Shown here piece by piece: positions 18,129 to 27,531 of a stretch of DNA of 64,000 nucleotides. The notes beneath the pieces were generated by a model. It had not been told where the DNA came from. It was given only the letters and a program-made list of their open reading frames with translations, and ran no database searches. The DNA comes from Anaerolineae bacterium. GTDB lineage: Bacteria; Chloroflexota; Anaerolineae; SpSt-600. The stretch is from positions 9,956 through 73,955 of the forward strand of contig JANXAG010000006.1 of the NCBI GenBank assembly GCA_025062375.1. Direction: 5' to 3'. The translations under genes were made by a program, and so were the position numbers. Numbering within the stretch: the first letter of the stretch is position 1; every line of letters starts with the position of its first letter.

Positions 18129-18202
18129 GGGCGGTTAGCTCAGCTGGTTAGAGCGCAGCGTTGACATCGCTGAGGTCACTGGTTCGAGTCCAGTACCGCC
18201 CA
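18129..18202 (+). tRNA. tRNA-Val(GAC)
   Basis: GGGCGGT/ACCGCCC acceptor, CAGCG-TTGACAT-CGCTG anticodon arm, GGTTCGAGTCC T-arm; full CCA not encoded. Confidence 0.97.
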
Positions 18203-18212
18203 CTTTTAATTT

Positions 18213-19490
18213 TCAGAAAATTGGTTTGGTCCAGATGCGGTAAAGTTCGGTAAAAAGAGCAATATACTTTACCCTTTTGCCCCCGAGGAGCCTGAGAGAG
18301 CGCCAAAACCTCCATATGAAGACGTCTTTTTTGTAGTATCTTTGCACTTCTTCCCAAGTAATGGGGGGCCAGTTTTCTTGCCAAAAAATGGAAAAAAGAG
18401 CCTCATTGCTCAACTCAATCAAAAGAGGTACCAGGTCAGGCCTGTGGCGAACTATGAAGTTTGAGACAAAATCCAGCATTATCGTCCGAAAATTGTAGTA
18501 ACGGTTCAGCACTTCCTTGTCAAGGTTCAAAGCCTTTATAAGCCTCCGGGCAAAGGATGGAAGAGTTTGAAGGTAAATTTCAGGGCTAATTACGTCTCGC
18601 CCTTCTATGCGGATCATGGGGACAGTGGTATCAAGGTAGATAAGGCCTTCGTTCCCAGTCAGAGTCTCAGCGCTACCTTTAAACTCTCTGATTGCCCAAT
18701 TGGGGATTTGGCCATCTATCCCTATCTGGATCCCCTCGCGAGCGTGGCGTTTGTTAAAATTGTAAACTTTGCCGTATTCTTTCAAAATCATCCGGTAAAG
18801 GATTGCAGCTGAGGTAGAGGTGAGTCTCTCTAAAAATCTGCCCACGCATACTCGCTCGGGATCTATCCTCCCTTGAAGCATGTAAACCGTCACCGGACCT
18901 GGCCCTTTGCCAGCAATCCGGACATCAAAGGGAGGAACTTCTACACCCACTTTATCCCGAAGAAGCCGGTTGTATTCTAAATACCAATAAGCATGATACT
19001 CCGCCGCCTCGCGAGATGGGAAGGGGAGCATCTTTTTGAAAACCATCCTTACGGGTTTTCCAGTTTCTGAATCGCACCATAAATCAAGCGGGCTTCCTTC
19101 TAAATCCAACACCCTGGTTATTTCTCCGAATCCAAGGAGGGTAACCCGTAGCTTTGGCCTCATCCGGAGTTCCGCTTCTCTTATCATTTTGTTTAGCGCC
19201 TGGCATGCAGCTCGCCAATAGCTTTTATAAAGCTTGCAGGCTTGAGGCGAACCCTTTTCCAACTCTGGCCATAGGCTTTCCATTTCCCTTACATAACCCA
19301 AAAATCTGCTCCATAAACTGAGAAGATAACTGGCAGCAAGGGGGGAAGTAACGGATTGAAACCATTCAGCCAAGTCATCGGGTTTTAGAGCGATAAAAAA
19401 ATCCAGAGCTTTTCGGGCCTCACTAAGATAAAGGCCTGATTTAAGGCCAAGATCTTTCAGCTTTTTCCAGTCTTCTTCAGAAAAGGGCAT
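18213..19490 (-). CDS. Protein-kinase-like fold protein (DUF6206-like)
   Basis: LGFGEI Gly-loop, VFKKM Lys, IDGQIPNW catalytic-loop-like, YLDTT; ATG 19490 overlaps the aminotransferase stop. Confidence 0.6.
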   Translation of the reverse strand: MPFSEEDWKKLKDLGLKSGLYLSEARKALDFFIALKPDDLAEWFQSVTSPLAASYLLSLWSRFLGYVREMESLWPELEKGSPQACKLYKSYWRAACQALNKMIREAELRMRPKLRVTLLGFGEITRVLDLEGSPLDLWCDSETGKPVRMVFKKMLPFPSREAAEYHAYWYLEYNRLLRDKVGVEVPPFDVRIAGKGPGPVTVYMLQGRIDPERVCVGRFLERLTSTSAAILYRMILKEYGKVYNFNKRHAREGIQIGIDGQIPNWAIREFKGSAETLTGNEGLIYLDTTVPMIRIEGRDVISPEIYLQTLPSFARRLIKALNLDKEVLNRYYNFRTIMLDFVSNFIVRHRPDLVPLLIELSNEALFSIFWQENWPPITWEEVQRYYKKDVFIWRFWRSLRLLGGKRVKYIALFTELYRIWTKPIF

Positions 19491-20805
19491 CCAGAAACCT
19501 CCGCATGGGCCCTTCAAGTTTCACATTCATGACATCAATGTGCGGAGGGATAAATCTCCTGATTTTCTCCAACGCCTTTATAGACTTTTCAAGCGCCTCC
19601 AGAGCCTCTGTGGCTTCTTTTTCAGTGATAATAAGCGGGGGAAGAAACTGCAAGACCCGCCGGTCGTTGTTGGCAAAAAGGGCCAACACGCCGTTCTCAT
19701 ATAGCAACTTGGTCATGAGGGGGCCACAGTTGCGGTCAGGGAAGACGAGGCCTATCATGAGGCCTTTCTGGCGAATTTCCACCAGGGTGTTGGGGTATTT
19801 GCGATGCAAATCCTCAAACTTTTCAGCAAAGAAAGAGGCCATTTTGTTAACGTGATTCAAAAATTCTGCTTTGGCCGTTTCTTCCAGAACTTTTAGTGCT
19901 ACCACACACCCGAGTTCAGCTCCGCCAAAAGTGGAAATGTGGATGAAAGGGTTTTTATCCAGGAAAGCGTTGAGCTCTTCACGGTAAGAGGTGGATGCTA
20001 TCGGATAAAGGCCGCCACTCAAGCCCTTCCCTGCCACTAAAATATCAGGTTCAACTCCCCAGTGCTCTATAGCCCAAAACTTACCCGTGCGCCCCAAACC
20101 GCTCTGCACCTCATCCAGAATGAGGAGGGCCCCATATTTATTGCACAATTCCCTGACTTCTCCGAAGTAATCCTGCGGAGCTATGGGCATGCCCAGGGTG
20201 GCAGGAATTGTCTCCAGAAGCACAGCAGCCGTTTCATCGTCTATTTCACGCGCTAAAGCCTGAATGTCAGCGAAAGGGACTTGAACGAAACCTGGAGCCA
20301 GGGGGCCAAATGGCTCACGATACTCTGGGTCTCCGGCAGCGAGGGCTAAACCAGTGTGTCCGTGATATCCTCCCTTGGCTGAGATAATTTTAGGACGCCG
20401 GGTGTGAGCTCGGGCAAGCTTTATTGCAAAATCAATGGCTTCCCCGCCTCCTACAGCAAAGGTAGTGTAGGGAAGAGAACCCGGGGCAAGCTCTGCAAGG
20501 CGTCTGGCAAGCCTCGCTCGATGCTCGGATATGAGATGATGGTTGCCTATATCAAGCTCTTCTAAGGCTTCCCTCAAGGTCTGCAATATAGCAGGATGCC
20601 GATGGCCTAAATTGAACACTCCTCCATTGCAGTGGCAATCCAGCAATCTTTTATGGCCGTCTACGTCCCACAAATAGACTCCTTCCCTCCTCCCCGCCAC
20701 AAAATCCATCCCGAACCCTGTCCAGGTGCGAGCTTTTCCAGAGGAAACAAAGGAGGAAAAGGTTTCGATGATATCTTTTTTGGACCACTGAGCTATAAAG
20801 GGCAA
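19477..20805 (-). CDS. Class III PLP aminotransferase (putrescine/acetylornithine aminotransferase-like)
   Basis: GGEAID, YHGHT, LILDEVQSGLGRTG, GKGLSGG (PLP Lys), STFGG. Confidence 0.92.
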   Translation of the reverse strand: MPFIAQWSKKDIIETFSSFVSSGKARTWTGFGMDFVAGRREGVYLWDVDGHKRLLDCHCNGGVFNLGHRHPAILQTLREALEELDIGNHHLISEHRARLARRLAELAPGSLPYTTFAVGGGEAIDFAIKLARAHTRRPKIISAKGGYHGHTGLALAAGDPEYREPFGPLAPGFVQVPFADIQALAREIDDETAAVLLETIPATLGMPIAPQDYFGEVRELCNKYGALLILDEVQSGLGRTGKFWAIEHWGVEPDILVAGKGLSGGLYPIASTSYREELNAFLDKNPFIHISTFGGAELGCVVALKVLEETAKAEFLNHVNKMASFFAEKFEDLHRKYPNTLVEIRQKGLMIGLVFPDRNCGPLMTKLLYENGVLALFANNDRRVLQFLPPLIITEKEATEALEALEKSIKALEKIRRFIPPHIDVMNVKLEGPMRRFLDALF

Positions 20806-20808
20806 GGT

Positions 20809-21234
20809 TTACCTCCATAGAAAACGAGAGGTAAAGCCGAAAGGGTAAAGCTCTCTTAGGGTAAGGATTTTACTTTCCCCTTCGGCCGAGACCAAGATTA
20901 CTTGGAAAGAGGAAAAGTCTTCGACAAATTCGGCCATGACCTGGAGGCACGCTCCGCAGGGAGGTGCTCCGTTAGGAGTGGCCACAGCTATGCCTGAGAA
21001 ATCCTTTTCCCCTTCGGAAATGGCTTTGAAGAAAGCGATCCTTTCAGCGCATACAGTGAGGCCGTAGGAGGCGTTCTCCACGTTGCACCCGGTGTATATA
21101 GTGCCCGAGCGGCCTAAGAGGGCAGCGCCAACTTTATATTTTGAATAGGGAGCATGAGCTTTTTCCCTGGCCTCTAACGCCTGCTTGATGAGGGTTTCAA
21201 CCATCTCTTTTTCCATAGGGCTCACCCTTTTCAC
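20809..21234 (-). CDS. cdd: Cytidine deaminase
   Basis: APYSKYKVGAAL, GCNVENASYGLTVCAER, PCGACLQ. Confidence 0.95.
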   Translation of the reverse strand: MKRVSPMEKEMVETLIKQALEAREKAHAPYSKYKVGAALLGRSGTIYTGCNVENASYGLTVCAERIAFFKAISEGEKDFSGIAVATPNGAPPCGACLQVMAEFVEDFSSFQVILVSAEGESKILTLRELYPFGFTSRFLWR

Positions 21235-21237
21235 GAA

Positions 21238-22644
21238 CTAATGGTCGCTTGGGAAACTGAAGTTTTTTCCTACGATCACTCTGATATCTATGCCGTGGAG
21301 GTTAACAGGGCTATGGCGTATCTCTTCAGGTCTAACGTTGAACAGGAGGGCCAGTTGTTCCAAGGTATAACTTTTGTAGGTGTAGTTTACAATGACGGTG
21401 CGCTGATAGTCGGTTCGGTCAGCGGGGCCGTAAGCTACTATTTGGAAACCTTTTTCCATGAGAAATCTGGCTACTTTTTCTGCCAGCTCTTTGTCTTCCG
21501 TGCCGTTTTGGACCACTATTTTAGCTCCTTCTGCGGCCAGCCTCTGCTTTTCCATAGCATCTTGGGTCAAAAGCCGGCTTGCCGGTGGGGTAGGGGTGGC
21601 AAAAAGCTCTTCTATCAATGGGCGGATTTTCTCCCTCACAGGAATCAGAACATCGGCACCGCTTGGAGTTACAGTGTTTATGCACATGGAACTACCGATG
21701 ATGGCTCTTTTTATGTTTTGAGGCTCTATTTCTCGCGCTATGGGGGCAAGCTCCAGGATAACTTCTGGAGGAATGTCGGTCTGAATTGTATCGGAGAAAC
21801 TCTTGATTAATTCCGGAAGTTTCGGCAAAAGTTTGGGGATTAGATCCAGACTCATAACTCTTTCCCGCACCGCCATTATTATCTGCTGCTGACGGCGAAG
21901 CCTATCAAAGTCTGATGCACCATGTCGGGTGCGAGCGTATTTCAAAGCTAAATCCCCATTCATGTGATGCCATCCTGCCGGGATATAAAGGGGTTCATAA
22001 CCGTAACCATCGTACGCAGGATAGGTGGGGTCATTTATTTCCTCTTCTACGTATATTTCAATCCCTCCGATTAAGTCAATTATCCGTTTGAATCCCTCAA
22101 AATTTATCTTCACGTAATAGTGAACAGGAACACCGAAATTGTACTGGACGGTCTTTTTGGCCAGGGCTGGGCCACCTCCAGGGTAACCGTGTTTATCCCC
22201 AAGGTAATTTGCAGTATTTATCCGGCCTTCGCCGTAGCCGGGAATTGGAACCCAAAGATCCCTGGGGATAGAAAGCATGGAAACTGTTTTAGAGTTAGGA
22301 TCCACACTAAAAAGAATTATGGTGTCGGTCCGAGCAGGTCCCTTCTCACTGGGGCGCCTGTCTTCTCCCAAGAGGAGGATGTTTATCCTTTCGCCTCGCT
22401 TTATGTCAGGAAGATTGAGGGCTTCCTGGTATTCCTGGCTCTGTTGCAGATGGAAAGAAATTCCTGGCATTTTGTCAAGGAAAGAGGAGAAGAAAGGATT
22501 TGAAAAGTAAGAAGAAGCCCAAGCCTTTGCTGTCAGGTAAATCATAAAGGCCGTGTAAAGGGTGGCCACCAGGAAGAAGATGAGGAGAAGCAAACACATT
22601 CCTTCTATCCAGGCATCAACCCTGAATTGTTTTGAGCTTTCCAA
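21238..22644 (-). CDS. LCP (LytR-CpsA-Psr) family protein with LytR C-terminal domain
   Basis: TM anchor, NILLLGED, RTDTI, SIPRDL, RINTA, YARTR..SDFDR..RQQ, V.NGT C-terminal domain. Confidence 0.92.
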   Translation of the reverse strand: MESSKQFRVDAWIEGMCLLLLIFFLVATLYTAFMIYLTAKAWASSYFSNPFFSSFLDKMPGISFHLQQSQEYQEALNLPDIKRGERINILLLGEDRRPSEKGPARTDTIILFSVDPNSKTVSMLSIPRDLWVPIPGYGEGRINTANYLGDKHGYPGGGPALAKKTVQYNFGVPVHYYVKINFEGFKRIIDLIGGIEIYVEEEINDPTYPAYDGYGYEPLYIPAGWHHMNGDLALKYARTRHGASDFDRLRRQQQIIMAVRERVMSLDLIPKLLPKLPELIKSFSDTIQTDIPPEVILELAPIAREIEPQNIKRAIIGSSMCINTVTPSGADVLIPVREKIRPLIEELFATPTPPASRLLTQDAMEKQRLAAEGAKIVVQNGTEDKELAEKVARFLMEKGFQIVAYGPADRTDYQRTVIVNYTYKSYTLEQLALLFNVRPEEIRHSPVNLHGIDIRVIVGKNFSFPSDH

Positions 22645-22659
22645 CTTTTATCACCTCCT

Positions 22660-23724
22660 TCAATAAACCAATACGAGGGGCTTAGGGGTAAAAAGGAGGG
22701 CGAAAATTATGAACATGGCTACTGCTATAAGGCGATCTGCTGGCTTCAGAGGGGTAACCTCGTCCATAGGCCTGGCGTGTTCTCTCCCCAGAAAGGCGAT
22801 GAGCAAGGCCCAGATAAACCATCCCTGCCACCAGAAGCCCATTATTATTAAAGCGCCCACGATGAACCAGGTTAGAAGCTTGGCTTTATCTCCCAGGACA
22901 GCGTAAGCTATGTGTCCTCCGTCCAGTTGTCCTGCCGGAATAAGGTTGAGGCCGGTGACCATAAGGCTTGCCCATCCGGCGAAAGCCATGGGGTGAAGGA
23001 AGACATCTTTCCCACCAGAAGGCAAAATTTGGCCAAAAATCATGAGCTTGATCAACAAATAGAGGATTGAATTGCCCTCCATATAATAAGGGCGATCGGT
23101 TGGAAGGCTTTCTACTCTGGAAAGCAGAAGTCCTATGATCAGCATTGGTATACCAATCACGAGGCCGGCAAGAGGTCCTGCTGCCCCTATCCTCAAAAGG
23201 GCCCTGCGGTTTAGAGGTGGCGATTTCATCTTAATTATAGCCCCCATAGTTCCGAAGGGGCTCAGAGGCATAGGGATAAAGTATGGGGGGCTTACAGAAG
23301 AACCAAACTGTCGGGAAACAAAGTAATGGCCAAGTTCATGAGCCACGAGGCTACCCAGAAGGGCGACGGCAAATAACAGGCCAGAAAGCAGACTGGGCCT
23401 TTCTCCCATGAATATTCCGGTGAAAATTACCGAAAGGAGGGTGAGAACAAAAAGCAGTAGACTTAAAAACTTAGCTGGAGGGGATTCATGGATGACACCG
23501 GGAACAGTTACGACCTGCAGTCCTTGTTTATCTTTCCGAAAAAGAGGAGTATAGCCCAAGGGTTTTAATTCAGCGCTCAAGAGCGCGTAAGCTTTTTCTG
23601 GTTCGTAAAGAAAGTAACCTCTGAAGCGAAAAGCTCCCGGCAAATCAGGCAAGGGGGAGAAATTCTCTATACGAAAGACTTTCCCCACTGCCCTGAGTAG
23701 AAACTCTGGGATTATCTCTTCCAT
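22660..23724 (-). CDS. Site-2 protease (M50 family)
   Basis: HELGH, AAGPLAG, NLIPAGQLDGGH. Confidence 0.92.
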   Translation of the reverse strand: MEEIIPEFLLRAVGKVFRIENFSPLPDLPGAFRFRGYFLYEPEKAYALLSAELKPLGYTPLFRKDKQGLQVVTVPGVIHESPPAKFLSLLLFVLTLLSVIFTGIFMGERPSLLSGLLFAVALLGSLVAHELGHYFVSRQFGSSVSPPYFIPMPLSPFGTMGAIIKMKSPPLNRRALLRIGAAGPLAGLVIGIPMLIIGLLLSRVESLPTDRPYYMEGNSILYLLIKLMIFGQILPSGGKDVFLHPMAFAGWASLMVTGLNLIPAGQLDGGHIAYAVLGDKAKLLTWFIVGALIIMGFWWQGWFIWALLIAFLGREHARPMDEVTPLKPADRLIAVAMFIIFALLFTPKPLVLVY

Positions 23725-23792
23725 AATTATTTTCAGGCCTTTTAATTTTAAATTAGGCCAGGCAATGTCCTGAAGACACCGCCTGGCCCTAA

Positions 23793-24150
23793 GGTGGAGA
23801 TGGCGGGAGTTGAACCCGCGTCCAGAGAACTTGGCCCGGGATGGTTTACAAGCTTAGTCGGCTACTTCGTCTCGCCCGAAACCTCCTGAGCCGACCAAGG
23901 TGTTTCGGGCCAGCCGATCTCTTCTTAAATGGCCCTATCGGCGTCAGGCCATCGCACCCCGAATTTTCTGACGCCCTTCCCCAGCTCTTCGGGGCTAAGC
24001 CAGGGAGGACGTGGCTGCTCCATTAGGCAGCCATCGGAACGGTTGCGTAGTTGGCACTTCTTTTTTTAAAGAACCCCTGTTTTACGAGGTTGGGGCACCT
24101 CGGCTTGCCACCCAGGACCACCGGTTCCCTGTCGACCCCACATCATCCCC
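23793..24150 (-). ncRNA. ssrA: tmRNA; tag reading frame (A)ANYATVPMAA at 24055-24023
   Basis: 5' GGGGATG..GGGGTCGAC, 3' GGACGCGGGTTCAACTCCCGCCATCTCCACC; GCC resume codon after TAAAAAAAAGT; tag ends in AA-stop. Confidence 0.95.
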
Positions 24151-24163
24151 TCAAGCTACTTAA

Positions 24164-24192
24164 ATTATACACCCGAAAGGGTGCACTGTCAA
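24164..24192 (-). promoter_or_regulatory. Consensus sigma70 promoter of ssrA
   Basis: TTGACA-17 nt-TATAAT. Confidence 0.85.
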
Positions 24193-24417
24193 ATTGCTTT
24201 GAGGCCGTTTGAAATCCCTCAAGATTATGAACCAGTCACGGAGATGGCCCTGAACGCCAGAGCTTTTTGCGCTCAGCATCCAGTGCCTCATCGGATAAGC
24301 CACCTCTGTTTTTTGCGAAAGCCGTAATCCCTGCTCCGGCAAATCCTCCCCGTAGCTCCCGATTTCTCCACACTTCATTCTTATCCTGGGGCTTTTCAAG
24401 CAGCCTTTCAAGTGTGC

Positions 24418-24446
24418 TTGACAATAAGCTAAAGCTATGCTATATT
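24418..24446 (+). promoter_or_regulatory. Sigma70-type promoter of tRNA-Glu
   Basis: TTGACA-17 nt-TATATT. Confidence 0.75.
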
Positions 24447-24458
24447 TTTAAGCGGTAT

Positions 24459-24530
24459 GGCGCATTCGTCTAGAGGTTAGGACGCGGGCCTCTCAAGCCC
24501 GAAGCAGGGGTTCGAATCCCCTATGCGCCA
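24459..24530 (+). tRNA. tRNA-Glu(CTC)
   Basis: GGCGCAT/ATGCGCC acceptor, CGGGC-CTCTCAA-GCCCG anticodon arm, GGTTCGAATCC. Confidence 0.97.
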
Positions 24531-24558
24531 TTTTTTATTTTAGCCCCAGGAGAAAAAT

Positions 24559-25896
24559 ATGATAGGTGAAGAAAAAGCCCGATTAATTTGTCAAAAGGTC
24601 CTTTCTTTTTCTAAAGCCGACCAAACAGAAGTCCTGCTCATCGGATACAACCGCCAGCTTACTCGTTTTGCAAACTCCTATATCCACCAGAATGTTTACG
24701 AAAGCGATGTCCAGCTAAGAGTAAGGGTGATAATAGGTAAACGCGTTGGAGTAGCAGTTACCAATCGTCTGGATGATCTTTCTATAAATCAGGTGGTAGA
24801 TAACGCTATGGCCATTGCTCGCCTTCAACCAGAAAATCCAAACTTTAAATCGCTACCTCGCCCCGCTCCAGTTCCAGAGGTTAAAGTTTTTGATGATAAA
24901 GTCGCTTCCCTTTCACCGTCTGATAAAGCTGAAACGGTGGGAAAAATTTGCCGTAGGGCAAGGGAGCTGGGCCTCGTGGCTTCAGGGGCATATAGCTCTG
25001 AAACTTTTGAAGTAGCCGTGGCTAATTCCCTGGGCATATTCGCCTACTCACCAGGTACCGAGCTTTCTTTCAGCACTGTGATCATGTCCGACACAGGTTC
25101 AGGTTATGCGGCTGGAATAGGATGGCAATTGGAAAGCCTGGATCCGGAAGCCCTTGGAGAAGAAGCTATGCAGAAGGCCCTCAAAAGTCGTAACCCCAGA
25201 GAAATTCCTCCAGGCATTTACCCTGTTATTCTGCAAGAATACGCTGTCGCTGATATGATCGCTACCCTGGCTTACCTGGGGATGGGAGCTCTGGCTGTCC
25301 AGGAAGGGCGTAGTTTTATGTGTGATAACTTTGGCAAGCAAATAATGTCTCCCCTTATATCTATATGGGATGATGGCCTTGATCCTTCCGGATTGCCCAG
25401 GCCTTTTGACTTTGAAGGAGTCCCTAAGCAGAAGGTGATCATCATAGAAAAAGGCGTGGCTAAGAACGTGGTTTTTGACTCTTATACTGCTGGAATTGAA
25501 GGGCGAGATTCCACTGGGCATGCTCTTCCAGCTCCCAATACTATGGGGCCTCTCCCTATCAACCTCTTCATGGCTTCCGGTTCATCATCCTTGGAAGAGA
25601 TGCTAAGTTCGCTGGACAAAGGCCTCCTGATAACTCGCTTCCACTACACTGTACCCGTAGATCCGAAACGCACCGTGGTAACAGGGATGACCCGAGATGG
25701 AACATTTTGGGTTGAAAAGGGAGAAGTAGCCTATCCGGTGAAAAATCTCCGTTTCACTCAAAATTATGTGAAAGCTTTTGCAGCGGCCGAGGCCGTTGCT
25801 TCATATGCTCGCCTCGTCCCAACCGATATGGGAGGGGTGAGAGCTCCAGCAATAAAAATAGCTGAATTTGAATTCACTGGAGTTACAGAGTTCTAA
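24559..25896 (+). CDS. TldD/PmbA family protein
   Basis: TRFANS.IHQN, DDG..P..L.RPFDFEGVP, GLLITRFHY, TGMTRDG. Confidence 0.92.
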   Translation: MIGEEKARLICQKVLSFSKADQTEVLLIGYNRQLTRFANSYIHQNVYESDVQLRVRVIIGKRVGVAVTNRLDDLSINQVVDNAMAIARLQPENPNFKSLPRPAPVPEVKVFDDKVASLSPSDKAETVGKICRRARELGLVASGAYSSETFEVAVANSLGIFAYSPGTELSFSTVIMSDTGSGYAAGIGWQLESLDPEALGEEAMQKALKSRNPREIPPGIYPVILQEYAVADMIATLAYLGMGALAVQEGRSFMCDNFGKQIMSPLISIWDDGLDPSGLPRPFDFEGVPKQKVIIIEKGVAKNVVFDSYTAGIEGRDSTGHALPAPNTMGPLPINLFMASGSSSLEEMLSSLDKGLLITRFHYTVPVDPKRTVVTGMTRDGTFWVEKGEVAYPVKNLRFTQNYVKAFAAAEAVASYARLVPTDMGGVRAPAIKIAEFEFTGVTEF

Positions 25897-25917
25897 AGTT
25901 CCCAAAGGAGGGAAAAT

Positions 25918-27012
25918 ATGAAAGTCACCTTGAGCGTGATAAAGGCCGATATTGGGGGCCTTGTGGGACATTGCTATATCCACCCCGACCTTCTGGAAAT
26001 CGGGGAAGAGTCCCTCAAAAAAGCTCGCAATGAAGGTCTCGTTATGGATTACCATATTACAGCGGTTGGCGATGACTTGCAGCTTATTATCACCCACAAC
26101 AAAGGCGTTAATGCTGAACCAATTCACCGTTTAGCCTGGGAAACCTTCGAAAAGGCCGCAGCCAGGGCCAAAGAGTTAAAGCTATACGGGGCCGGGCAAG
26201 ATCTCATAAAGGAGGCCTTTAGCGGAAATATAAGAGGTATGGGGCCTGGCCTGGCCGAGATGGAATTTGAAGAACGTCCTTCGGAACCCATTATTATCTT
26301 CATAGCTGATAAAACCTCCGCAGGCGCCTGGAATCTTCCGCTTTACCGAATTTTCGCCGACCCCTTTAACACCATCGGTCTGGTAATTTCCCCATCAATG
26401 CATGATGGGTTCGCTTTTGAAGTCCACGATGTAAAAGCAGGAACGAAAGTTCTGCTCAAATGCCCTGAAGAGCTCTATGATCTTCTTTTGTTAATTGGTT
26501 CTCCATCCCGGTATGCGATAAAAGCCGTATACCACAAAGCCACAGGCGAGATCGCGGCTGTATCTTCTACCGAACGTCTTTCCCTCATTGCCGGACGCTA
26601 CGTCGGGAAAGATGACCCGGTATGCGTGGTGAGATGCCAGCATGAATTTCCAGCGGTTGGGGAGGTGCTGGAGCCATTCGCTTTCCCCCACCTGGTTGAG
26701 GGATGGATGAGGGGTTCCCACCACGGTCCCCTTATGCCGGTAGCCTTGCGCAATGCTACTCCCACTCGCTTTGATGGTCCCCCAAGGGTGGTAGCTCTGG
26801 GCTTCCAGTTAACTCAAGGGCATTTAATCGGACCAAAAGACCTGTTTGACGATCCCAGTTTTGACGAAGCGCGACGTTTCTGCAACGCCGTAGCCGATTA
26901 CCTTCGCCGCCATGGGCCCTTCGAGCCCCATCGCCTTCCTATGGAAGAGATGGAATACACAACTTTGCCCCAGGTCCTGGCGAAGTTAAAAGACCGCTTT
27001 GAAGAAATCTAA
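25918..27012 (+). CDS. fbp: Bifunctional fructose-1,6-bisphosphate aldolase/phosphatase (class V FBPase)
   Basis: IKADIGG, GDD, YGAGQDL, GPG.AE, DKT..GA.N, YVGKDDP, GWMRGSH.GPLMP. Confidence 0.95.
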   Translation: MKVTLSVIKADIGGLVGHCYIHPDLLEIGEESLKKARNEGLVMDYHITAVGDDLQLIITHNKGVNAEPIHRLAWETFEKAAARAKELKLYGAGQDLIKEAFSGNIRGMGPGLAEMEFEERPSEPIIIFIADKTSAGAWNLPLYRIFADPFNTIGLVISPSMHDGFAFEVHDVKAGTKVLLKCPEELYDLLLLIGSPSRYAIKAVYHKATGEIAAVSSTERLSLIAGRYVGKDDPVCVVRCQHEFPAVGEVLEPFAFPHLVEGWMRGSHHGPLMPVALRNATPTRFDGPPRVVALGFQLTQGHLIGPKDLFDDPSFDEARRFCNAVADYLRRHGPFEPHRLPMEEMEYTTLPQVLAKLKDRFEEI

Positions 27013-27030
27013 ACCTTAGCCAGAGTAATT

Positions 27031-27531
27031 TCATCTGAAGCATATGGACCTATATCCGCATCTATGGCATTTTGAGCTTTCTTTCACTTCTGGCTCCTGG
27101 CCCAGGGTTAAAGTCTTTCGCATCTCTTCCACAATTTTAAGAAGCTCGGCCTTAAGAGCTGGCGTATACTTTACACAAAAATGCCCATCTCGATAAGCTA
27201 TAATGCCGTAAGGGGGGACAAAACCTGTGTTTTCCTCTACAAGGAGACAATAGGCTACGAGCTGAAATACATGAGAAGCATAGGGGGAATGGGGAGAGCG
27301 CCCGGACTTGATTTCCACGGGGATGAATTGGCCTTTTTCCTGGAAAAGGTAATCTGGCCGGCCCACAAGACGATGGCGGGGAGAAAAAAGTTCACGCTCG
27401 CACCGGCTCCATTTCTGCGAATCAGCTATATGAAGTTTCCCGCGAGGTAACCCCATGGCTTTCTTTTTTAAAGTTACCAGGGCTAGAATACCCAGAGCAA
27501 GCAACAACAGCGAAAGCCCCAAAAGAAGCAC
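27031..27531 (-). CDS. Solo Cas4-like RecB-family (PD-(D/E)xK) nuclease with N-terminal TM helix
   Basis: GRPDYL..PVEIKSG..QL.AY; C-terminal CxxCxxxxxC; 20-residue hydrophobic N-terminus; GTG 27531 with GGAGGG SD; no cas1/cas2 nearby. Confidence 0.8.
   Translation of the reverse strand: MLLLGLSLLLLALGILALVTLKKKAMGLPRGKLHIADSQKWSRCERELFSPRHRLVGRPDYLFQEKGQFIPVEIKSGRSPHSPYASHVFQLVAYCLLVEENTGFVPPYGIIAYRDGHFCVKYTPALKAELLKIVEEMRKTLTLGQEPEVKESSKCHRCGYRSICFR

Noticed and set aside
24160-24473. ORFs between ssrA and tRNA-Glu (one with a YraN-like GSYGEDL fragment)
   Set aside because: They overlap two consensus promoters, and the similarity does not extend
27031-27531. cas4 as part of a CRISPR-Cas locus with the 55.5-kb array
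   Set aside because: 28 kb apart, no cas1/cas2/cas6/effector genes, TM-anchored solo architecture
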